Positions 10,342 to 18,085 of a stretch of DNA of 64,000 bases are shown here, piece by piece. The number at the start of each line of letters is the position of its first letter. The first letter of the stretch is position 1. The stretch is taken from the IMG/VR virus record IMGVR_UViG_3300025151_000016; one strand, given 5' to 3'. The notes beneath the pieces were generated by a model, which had not been told where the DNA came from, made no database searches, and was given only the letters and a program-made list of their open reading frames with translations. Both the position numbers and the translations under genes were made by a program. Source of the DNA: a virus.

Positions 10342-12951
10342 TTATGCGATTGCGTAGAAAATGTGAGTATAACCGTTTACGTTTACATTTGCATTATTAT
10401 TTACTATAAAACCTGAACTATGAGGGTCTATCCAATCGCCAGTACCTGTAGCTGCTGATGTATTGAATCTTAAATGTGGATCACTTCCAGTAACAATCCC
10501 TCTTTCAGTATCAAATACGAACCAATCACCTGTAGTACCTAAGAGTCTAATCAATACAAATCTAGCACCACCAGTAAAGCCACAATCAACTACAAGACCG
10601 TCTGATCCATTTCCAGTATAGCTTCCCACCTTGGATACACCTGCGACTGTCGCAAAGAGGTAAGCTATGTAGTTATATGTAGTATCACCATTAACTCCAT
10701 TATGATCCCCAACAGTAAATTGAGTACTTGTAGGAGATGTGTTATTCCAAGCCCCTGAGTTTGTAATTGCGTCGTCATCAGTATTTAATTTTAAATATTT
10801 AGTATTTCCTATTGCAGAATGATAAACATACCAATCAGCATTTGAACTTCTATTTTTTACCCATATCATTTCTGGAACTACACCAAGATTATGGGTTGGT
10901 GCAAGACCTGCGATTGCTGTGCCTTTGTAAGTAACCACATCGAAAAAGCCAGGTGCACGTTTCCAATTCCAACCTACCCAATTCCTATAATCAAAAGCAG
11001 TTGACGTGTGCATACCATCCATGTGATCAAATTGATCGTTATAGTTTTGGTGTGTTTCTGCACTAGTAGTATCACCACGTATCATTTGACCTTCACCACG
11101 TAGCCTATCTAAAAAGTAAGTAAACACATTACTAGCGCTATTGGTTCCATTTTTATATATGTGCGTATCTACAGGAAAATTTGTAGGAAATGTAGATCCG
11201 TTAGTACCAGCATTTAAACCACCTGAAGGATTAAAAACCTTAGTCGCATCAGTAGGTGTAGCTAGTGGGCCTCTGCGTATTGCCATGAATATTGCATGTT
11301 TACTAGAACCCATGTTTGTAACATTAAATCCAGTTGGTGTAAGCGTAATGTAAGGAACTCCTGCTGTTTCTGCACCGTTTGCGTTAGGTTCAAGCAAAGC
11401 ATCTACTGCACCAACAGGCAACCCACGCATTACGTCAAACACCATCCAATTTGAAACCGTTGCAGTTTGTTTCCACAATATCCACTGTGGTTCAAATCCA
11501 AGAGTGACTGTAGCGTTTTCACTTCCATCAGTAGTAAAATCTCCACACTCAATAATATCTTGGTCCGCATCCGGGCCGAACTCACCGTCATTATTGTTGT
11601 GTGCAAAAAGGTAGGCTATGTAGTTATTAGATCCACTATCAGATAAATCTGTTCCTATTGTAAATTGAGTGCTTGTAGGAGCAGTATTATTCCAATAAAC
11701 AGCGCTTGTAATCTCTGCGCCAGTGGTAAATGCTAATGCTTTTGTTGCTCCTGATGATCTATGAAAAATACGCCAATTACCTGCGCTGTCGGTTCTTTTT
11801 ACCATTATCACACCAGGAGTAGAACCTAAATTATGGCTTAAAGTTTGTGCAGATCCGTTTCCAGAATATTGTACAATGTCAAAGAACTTTTCGGCTTTCC
11901 GAAATGTCCAACCAACGTATTCTTCATTGTTATCGTTATTATAAGACCAATTATATAATTGATAACCTGCTGCATTAAATGTTGCAGCATAGCTCGTTTG
12001 ATTTACTTCTTGGCCAGTTGTATTAGTGCTAATCGTGTACTGAGCAGTCCTTGCTGTATCTAATAAATAATGATGTTCATTAGAACCAGATGTTCTTTGT
12101 TTTGTCCAAACCAAACCGCCTGCACCTTCGTCGCCAGTAACATGACCAAATTCAGATGCTCGTACATCATCCGAATTATAGCTATTCTGTGAAATACTGT
12201 GCGAGTTACCTGAAGCATCAACTAAAGGAGTATCACCTGATAAGCCTAAAAAGCTAGTGCCGGATATAGAACTCAAATAAGACGTAGACGGTGTGAAATT
12301 AGAAGTATAAACCGCAGTTCCTTTTACAATGCGAAAGTCACTTATAAAACCAGTAGAGGCATTGTTTACATTGTTTTGGCCTGTGAAAAATCGAGTACCA
12401 ATATTAACTCCAGCTGTTGATGGATTTGGAAAGCTAGTGCCAGTGTAAGACATAGTAGTTTTAGCTACTCCATTGACATATAAAACAATGTCACTTCCAT
12501 TTCTTACACACGCCATGTGAACCCATTGCCCAACATAACCTGATATTGGTGTACTACTTGCTGTAGAAGTTTGAGAAGAAGAGCTTGTATTTACTAATAT
12601 TCTTGGATTAGATGAACTTTGCCAACCAAAATCCCACCTTACACCAGTACTTTCACCCCAACTACAAACAACAAAGTCACTATCTGCGGTTGGAAATACC
12701 CAGGCTTCTATTGTCCAGTTGCCAGTTCCAAACTGAAAACCAGCATGATCTGGAACAACAAGCCCGCTAGTTCCAGGAAATTTAGCTGATCCACCATCAT
12801 GAGTATTACTTAACTTAATACCGTTGTCAATGATTTGTGAACCGGAATTTCCTGTCCATAAATTAGTAGCAAATACATCATCTACGTCAGTCGTTGCGCC
12901 GCCCGCAGCTGCCCCCGCGGCTGAAAGAAATAATTTCTTTTTAGTTGCCAT
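10342..12951 (-). CDS. Tail-fibre/appendage protein with concanavalin A/LamG-like lectin domain plus DUF7483-like repeats
   Basis: FGTGNWTIEAWV...WVHMACVRNG...LYVNG...GFISDFRIVKGTAVY LamG signature inserted in the first repeat module. Confidence 0.75.
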   Translation of the reverse strand: MATKKKLFLSAAGAAAGGATTDVDDVFATNLWTGNSGSQIIDNGIKLSNTHDGGSAKFPGTSGLVVPDHAGFQFGTGNWTIEAWVFPTADSDFVVCSWGESTGVRWDFGWQSSSNPRILVNTSSSSQTSTASSTPISGYVGQWVHMACVRNGSDIVLYVNGVAKTTMSYTGTSFPNPSTAGVNIGTRFFTGQNNVNNASTGFISDFRIVKGTAVYTSNFTPSTSYLSSISGTSFLGLSGDTPLVDASGNSHSISQNSYNSDDVRASEFGHVTGDEGAGGLVWTKQRTSGSNEHHYLLDTARTAQYTISTNTTGQEVNQTSYAATFNAAGYQLYNWSYNNDNNEEYVGWTFRKAEKFFDIVQYSGNGSAQTLSHNLGSTPGVIMVKRTDSAGNWRIFHRSSGATKALAFTTGAEITSAVYWNNTAPTSTQFTIGTDLSDSGSNNYIAYLFAHNNNDGEFGPDADQDIIECGDFTTDGSENATVTLGFEPQWILWKQTATVSNWMVFDVMRGLPVGAVDALLEPNANGAETAGVPYITLTPTGFNVTNMGSSKHAIFMAIRRGPLATPTDATKVFNPSGGLNAGTNGSTFPTNFPVDTHIYKNGTNSASNVFTYFLDRLRGEGQMIRGDTTSAETHQNYNDQFDHMDGMHTSTAFDYRNWVGWNWKRAPGFFDVVTYKGTAIAGLAPTHNLGVVPEMIWVKNRSSNADWYVYHSAIGNTKYLKLNTDDDAITNSGAWNNTSPTSTQFTVGDHNGVNGDTTYNYIAYLFATVAGVSKVGSYTGNGSDGLVVDCGFTGGARFVLIRLLGTTGDWFVFDTERGIVTGSDPHLRFNTSAATGTGDWIDPHSSGFIVNNNANVNVNGYTHIFYAIA

Positions 12952-12957
12952 TATATA

Positions 12958-13746
12958 TTATCCTAATGCTTGGCCTGCTGTAAATCCATACCAGTTCGTA
13001 CCGCCGTCTCTTGTATAGAACACAAAGACGTCTTTAGCGCTTGCTGTTGCTGTAAGGGTTGGTGCTGTAGCTGCAGGCCAGTCTACAGTTCCTGGCCATG
13101 CTACAGTGTAACCACTTGCTGATCCGTCTTGTATAATCTCAAGGCTGAAGCTGAATGCCGTACCTGATGAAGGCGGGTTACTAAAAGTAAACGTAGTGTT
13201 CTCTGTAAGAGTGTGACTAAAAGCGTTTCCAGCGTGACAGTCCACTGCAACTGCGTTTGAACTTGATGTAACTGCTACATAAGTTTCATTATAACTATCT
13301 GCAATAAATTCACCCGTTATATCAGCACCAACTGAGGTTGTAGCAATTCTTGCAGTGTTATCGTAGTAAAGTGTTGCTGCACCATCAGTAGTAGCAGCAA
13401 TCTTTGTTTCATTACCAGCTGCATTCATTACATTGAATTGATCTGCTTTAATATTTAAATTGCCTGTTCCATTGTCTAAAATTACAGAGTTTGAACCATC
13501 GTGAAAGATTTGCAAATCTGAACTATCACCTAGTACAATCTTATCGTTGTCACCAAACGATGTTGTTGTACCCGCAACTGTAAGATTACCTGTAACTGTA
13601 ACACCACCTGCAAATGTTGCATCCTGTGCGCTATCAATTGTTAAAGCTGTTGTTGAACCATTCGTTTTAATTATAAGACGACCTGTGTTGTCAGCCGTAT
13701 GGACGAGTGCGTCTGTTACTGTTGTTCCTGCTGAAATAATACTCAT
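12958..13746 (-). CDS. Tail-fibre protein carrying the uninterrupted scaffold domain
   Basis: GDSSDLQIFHDGSNS fibre motif; C-term GNAFSHTL...FSNPP...WPGTVDWP..APT...D.FVFYTRDGGTNWYG. Confidence 0.65.
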   Translation of the reverse strand: MSIISAGTTVTDALVHTADNTGRLIIKTNGSTTALTIDSAQDATFAGGVTVTGNLTVAGTTTSFGDNDKIVLGDSSDLQIFHDGSNSVILDNGTGNLNIKADQFNVMNAAGNETKIAATTDGAATLYYDNTARIATTSVGADITGEFIADSYNETYVAVTSSSNAVAVDCHAGNAFSHTLTENTTFTFSNPPSSGTAFSFSLEIIQDGSASGYTVAWPGTVDWPAATAPTLTATASAKDVFVFYTRDGGTNWYGFTAGQALG

Positions 13747-13756
13747 TGAGTTCTCC

Positions 13757-14149
13757 TTAGATTACTACCCACCGCTGACCAGCAGCAACAGTTACACTTA
13801 CACCGTTATTGACAGTAATTGGTCCTACGCTAAATCCGTTTGTTCCTGCAGGAAATACATATGTCTCTGAAGCTGTGCCAGTGTTAGTGTGTATCGCGCC
13901 ACCGGCTTCCTGTCCACCGCCACCAATTGATCCCCATTCGTTGGTGTATCCTTCGAACGCTCCAGCTGTTGAGTTGTAACGAAACATACCAGCTGCTGGA
14001 GAACCGGTTCGTTGAGCTTCAGTACCAACTGGAACTTTAATATGTCCTGTGCTTGAGAGTGTTACGTCTCCAGCTGCTCCTACTGTACCTATGTTTGTGA
14101 GGTTACGGCTATCGTCAATAACCGTAGTATTTGAAACTTTAATTGCCAT
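13757..14149 (-). CDS. Small tail-fibre-associated protein
   Basis: MAIKV..TTVIDDSRN start, PVGTEAQR...GMFRYN motif, ends GPITV..GVSVTV..GQRWVVI. Confidence 0.6.
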   Translation of the reverse strand: MAIKVSNTTVIDDSRNLTNIGTVGAAGDVTLSSTGHIKVPVGTEAQRTGSPAAGMFRYNSTAGAFEGYTNEWGSIGGGGQEAGGAIHTNTGTASETYVFPAGTNGFSVGPITVNNGVSVTVAAGQRWVVI

Positions 14150-14192
14150 CTTCGTCCCCTGACTATTAGCTTTATGTTATTTATATCACTTA
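14143..14192. repeat. 50-bp perfect direct repeat, copy 2 (contains late promoter TATAAATA at 14178-14185, minus strand)
   Basis: Identical to 1591-1640. Confidence 0.95.
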
Positions 14193-14995
14193 GATTTTAA
14201 ATCTTCAATTTCTTGTTTGAGTTCTTTGATTGATTCTATAAGCAATCCAATTAAACCATCATAGTTAACTGCTTTGTATCCATCTATTTCAGATACAACT
14301 TCTGGTGCTATTTCTTCCACCTCTTGAGCTATAACACCCATAGATGCTTTACCATTATTTTTCCAGTTAAATGTAACTCCACGAATCGAATCAACTTTAT
14401 CGAGTGCACTATTAATTTGTTTAATATTATCTTTTAATTGAGAATCTGATGTTGAGTTGAAGTTTGGTGCAGATACGTCGCCTGTAAATGTGGCTCCTGA
14501 AATATTAGCAAGTTTTATCCAGTTACCGCCATGAGCAAAATATCCGTGACCTGTAGCATGAACATGCGCAAACATGCCATGATACGTACTTGCACTTGGT
14601 AAATCACCTTCATTTGAATAAACGTTAGCGAATAAAATCTTTCCTGTCGTAGTGATCTGGTTTGAACCCATATCAAGTGGTTTATTAAAGTTCCACTTGT
14701 CACCACTTGAAGTATACGTTAACGTTGCGCTAGCGCCATTAATTGTAATACCAGCGCCGTCCGCTGCTGCGGCATCACCGGCTGAATCAGCTAAAACAAT
14801 ATTTTTATCGTTTACAGAAAGCGTAGTTGAGTTAATGGTTGTGGTTGTACCATTAACTGTTAAGTCACCAGTGATTATAACATCACCACTAGAATCTTTC
14901 TCCACTTTAAAATTATTCAAATTCGAAAAGTTATTGTCAACTTCCGTATTCGTAAGTGGAGAGCCTTTGACAGCTCGCAGCGTTAGATTAGTCAT
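14186..14995 (-). CDS. Tail fibre with C-terminal peptidase S74 intramolecular chaperone
   Basis: KGSPLTNTEVDNNF N-term; TSDSQLKDNI...GVTFNWK...GVIAQEVE...V.Y.GLIGLLIESIKEL. Confidence 0.85.
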   Translation of the reverse strand: MTNLTLRAVKGSPLTNTEVDNNFSNLNNFKVEKDSSGDVIITGDLTVNGTTTTINSTTLSVNDKNIVLADSAGDAAAADGAGITINGASATLTYTSSGDKWNFNKPLDMGSNQITTTGKILFANVYSNEGDLPSASTYHGMFAHVHATGHGYFAHGGNWIKLANISGATFTGDVSAPNFNSTSDSQLKDNIKQINSALDKVDSIRGVTFNWKNNGKASMGVIAQEVEEIAPEVVSEIDGYKAVNYDGLIGLLIESIKELKQEIEDLKSK

Positions 14996-15023
14996 GACAG
15001 GATACTACCTTTCGGATGTTAGA

Positions 15024-15473
15024 TTAGCTAATTGTAACAGTCCAAGTAATAGTTACTGAGTCGTCAGCTCCTTTGTTAACAGTGCTAAAAACAGTCCTAC
15101 ATAGCATAGTGCCGCTTGATGAAGCATTTAAAACTGCTGCTTCCGTAAGAGCACCTGTACCAGTTCCTGCTGGGAATGATGCGGTGTAAACTATTGTATT
15201 TGTTGAGGGTGCGCCTTCTCCGCCTGTAAGAGCAACTCGTGCTACCTCAGTGCCTAATGCTGTGTTACCAGCTGCAGCTGCAGTATTGTTGGTACCAACT
15301 GCCATGTGCGACATATCTGTAGGTGAGCCAGAATCTGTCATTCTTGCTGCGATATAGACAAGCCCAGTAGTCACGACAAGATTCTTTTCTGTTCGTTCTT
15401 CCTTGACTTTTCCATTCTTATCCGTGACAACTATTTTTAGTTCTCCGGTTGGTTTTAGTGTTTCACTAATCAT
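15024..15473 (-). CDS. Virion structural protein (tail-fibre N-terminal/attachment-like)
   Basis: NLVVTTG...MAVGT...LG.E...GTGALTEAAVLNA..G.MLCRTVF..VNK motif; late promoter at 15514-15521. Confidence 0.55.
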   Translation of the reverse strand: MISETLKPTGELKIVVTDKNGKVKEERTEKNLVVTTGLVYIAARMTDSGSPTDMSHMAVGTNNTAAAAGNTALGTEVARVALTGGEGAPSTNTIVYTASFPAGTGTGALTEAAVLNASSSGTMLCRTVFSTVNKGADDSVTITWTVTIS

Positions 15474-15513
15474 CGGTATCTCCTGTTTATTCTAGTGACT
15501 CAATTATAGTATC

Positions 15514-15521
15514 TATTTATA
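15514..15521 (-). promoter_or_regulatory. T4-type late promoter TATAAATA
   Basis: Exact consensus in intergenic gap. Confidence 0.8.
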
Positions 15522-15533
15522 TATTTATTTTAA

Positions 15534-16853
15534 TTAAAAAGTTCTTGCTACTTTAGCATTATAAGCATTATCTCCACTTAACACAACAAAATCAGCTGCA
15601 AAGTAATCTGTACTTGCAATACCACCGGCTTGTGATATGGCTGCTGAATCAGTAAGTGTTTGTGCAATAGCAAAAACTGGAGATTCTGTCATATTAACAG
15701 TATCTGATGGGCCTTTATTTGTTAATGTAACGAGTGACTCAGCCGCGCTTACGCTATCACTTCTAGCTTTATTAAATGCCAATACATGCGCTTCTGAAAT
15801 TGTAAGTGAATCTGAGAAAGATGTGCCACTGGTTATTACTGGAGAATCAGTTGCAGATACACTGTCTGATACATCTCTTCCTACAGCTAGATCTAGATCT
15901 TCAATAGCTGATGCTGAATCTGCAAAAGTTGGAAGTGATATAGCAAGAGCAGGTGTATCTGATGTAGTACCAGTATCGCCTATAACTTTGCCGATAGCGA
16001 ATGGACCTAAAGATTCTGTTACAGTTTGAGTATCTGAAGGATTTTTACCAAAGCTTATAATATCATTGTCGCTTACAGATGCCGAATCAGCAGCGGGTCT
16101 AGATGTTGCCAGTGCAGGTGTATCTGATGTAGTACCAGTATCAGCAAGTACTTGTGCTAATGAATAGTTAAGTGATTCTGTTATTGTCGCGGTGTCGCTT
16201 GGATTAACACCAATAGCAAATACTAAGCCTTCTGTAGCCTGTGCTGAATCTTGAGGATTAACACCAATGATATATAAAACATCAATGCTTTCAGTAGCCT
16301 GTGCTGAATCAGCTTGTGGAGTACTAAATCCAATAGAAGGAGAATCAACTGCCCTGATTACTATCTCATCAGGAATTTGTGAAAGACTATATGCTAATGA
16401 TTCATTTGCAGAAGCAGTATCCGCCGAGGCTTTGACGAACTGATAAGTAAGACCATCTGGCACTCCAACAAGGTCTTCTGCGTTTGCCGTATCAGCAAAA
16501 ACCTTTTGAGTATTAATATTAGTAACTAAGTCAGAAGCAGTGCTTGAATCACCAAAAATCTTTCCTATGCTTAAGACATGATTCTCGCTGACGCCAGTAA
16601 TATCTGTTATTGCTTTGTTAACAGCAAAAACAAATTGCGCATCAGCTAGTGTAAGATTATCTGCAAAGTATATTTCTAAAACAACGTCAATAAGTTCTGA
16701 CGCTGTAGCAGAATCTGCATATTGCTGTACAACGTAATTAAGATCTCGAAAACTAACATACCGAGATTCTTTAATATTAAATGGCTTTGATTTATTAGAG
16801 GATTTAGTCTTGCCGAATATTGATTGTATTTTGCCGCTGGAGATTATATCCAT
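15534..16853 (-). CDS. Acidic repeat-rich virion protein (~19-aa D-S/T repeats)
   Basis: Recurrent (A/S)D(S/T)xxxxE/D units; exact 29-bp internal repeat 15949-15977 / 16114-16142. Confidence 0.6.
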   Translation of the reverse strand: MDIISSGKIQSIFGKTKSSNKSKPFNIKESRYVSFRDLNYVVQQYADSATASELIDVVLEIYFADNLTLADAQFVFAVNKAITDITGVSENHVLSIGKIFGDSSTASDLVTNINTQKVFADTANAEDLVGVPDGLTYQFVKASADTASANESLAYSLSQIPDEIVIRAVDSPSIGFSTPQADSAQATESIDVLYIIGVNPQDSAQATEGLVFAIGVNPSDTATITESLNYSLAQVLADTGTTSDTPALATSRPAADSASVSDNDIISFGKNPSDTQTVTESLGPFAIGKVIGDTGTTSDTPALAISLPTFADSASAIEDLDLAVGRDVSDSVSATDSPVITSGTSFSDSLTISEAHVLAFNKARSDSVSAAESLVTLTNKGPSDTVNMTESPVFAIAQTLTDSAAISQAGGIASTDYFAADFVVLSGDNAYNAKVARTF

Positions 16854-16857
16854 TTGA

Positions 16858-17193
16858 CTACATACTTGTAACTGCTGGCGATACCGTTACAATTCCTTCA
16901 ATGACTCTATATTTTTCACCAGCATCATTTTGAATTAAAACATCAAAAACATACCTGCCGGCTTTAATTAAAGCTGTTTGCTCGTCTGTAAGACTAAGTC
17001 TAATTTGTCCTGCGTTTGTAGTTGTTTCAGCTGTGAAAGTTGCGGACACTGAAGAAGACGCGTAGTTCTTTTTCACCTGTGCAGCAAACGTATGTCCGGA
17101 TAAGTCATAAGTTGACCCGTCATTAGATGTTAGATTTACTAAATATCTAAAGGTTGAACCTTGCTCAATTTCAATGTCTTCGTAAAGGGCCAT
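16858..17193 (-). CDS. Small baseplate/tail adaptor-like protein
   Basis: IEQGSTF...DLSG....AQ.KK...G.I.LSLT..QT..IKAGRYVFDV...RVIEG.VTV.P.VT, a family typical of T4-like structural regions. Confidence 0.6.
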   Translation of the reverse strand: MALYEDIEIEQGSTFRYLVNLTSNDGSTYDLSGHTFAAQVKKNYASSSVSATFTAETTTNAGQIRLSLTDEQTALIKAGRYVFDVLIQNDAGEKYRVIEGIVTVSPAVTSM

Positions 17194-17207
17194 ATCGTCA
17201 CTCTTTC

Positions 17208-17861
17208 TTAATCTAAGTCAACAACTGCTTTTATCTTTTGTATTTCTTTATGCTGTTCCTGGATAACCTGGATGAGGAAAGGAATGATTTGTGTATAAGA
17301 AACAGATTTAACGCCTTCGTCATTTGTTGAAACAATATCTGGTAATATTTCTTCTACATCTTGAGCAATAACACCATAAGCTTTATTTCCATTATCTTTC
17401 CATGTAAAGCTTACCGGTACAATTTTATTAATAACGTTAATTGCATCAACTAAAGATTCAATATTATCTTTCTTGTTTTTATCTGATAAAGAATTATAGT
17501 CAGTTGAATTTAGTTGACCCGTTGACGGATTAAAGAATAGCTTCGTACTCGAAACATTTAACGCGTTATCTGAACCAGATGTAATATTTGTAAGTGTAGG
17601 GTAGAAAGAAGCATTAGTTGCTGAGTCGTCTGCAATACTTGTATTCGCAGCGAATCCACCTGTACTTATTGTTAAGCTTAAATAATCTGAATCAATGATT
17701 CCTTTTACATAATCCGAATCAATTGAGTTGAGGGCTGAAACTAGATTACTTTTGGTCGGTGTTGTAAGTTGAATAATGTCACCGACGTCGGATCCGACTT
17801 TATTAAAGTCAGTTACCCACGCTCCAAAAGTATCTAATAGACCAATGCTTGTGACTGCCAT
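17208..17861 (-). CDS. Short fibre protein with peptidase S74 chaperone domain
   Basis: DTFGAW...N N-term; LSDKNKKDNI...PVSFTWK...YGVIAQDVE. Confidence 0.8.
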   Translation of the reverse strand: MAVTSIGLLDTFGAWVTDFNKVGSDVGDIIQLTTPTKSNLVSALNSIDSDYVKGIIDSDYLSLTISTGGFAANTSIADDSATNASFYPTLTNITSGSDNALNVSSTKLFFNPSTGQLNSTDYNSLSDKNKKDNIESLVDAINVINKIVPVSFTWKDNGNKAYGVIAQDVEEILPDIVSTNDEGVKSVSYTQIIPFLIQVIQEQHKEIQKIKAVVDLD

Positions 17862-18085
17862 TATCGTTTCTCTACTAGTTGATGAAGTAGTTGTTTAATT
17901 TCACTCATATCATTCTTTAGAGAAGCAACTTCTTCTTTTATAATTTCTGTTTCATCATCTTTTCTTTTCCTCGCAGCCTTTACAGCACGAGCTTGTTCAA
18001 TTTCATTACTATTTATATTCACGATAGCACCGGACCTTGCGTCTCTAGCTAATGACCGGTGCCCTTCTACTGGTATAAATTTCAT
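17861..18085 (-). CDS. Conserved small coiled-coil protein
   Basis: VEGH..L.RD..SGAI.N...LK.DM.EIK.LL; overlapping start/stop coupling on both sides; internal TATAAATA at 18010-18017. Confidence 0.6.
   Translation of the reverse strand: MKFIPVEGHRSLARDARSGAIVNINSNEIEQARAVKAARKRKDDETEIIKEEVASLKNDMSEIKQLLHQLVEKR

Noticed and set aside
2250-12951. Diversity-generating retroelement or invertase shufflon acting on the fibre paralogues
   Set aside because: No reverse transcriptase or recombinase in the window, no ~100-bp TR/VR pair differing only at adenines, and all repeats are direct and co-oriented.
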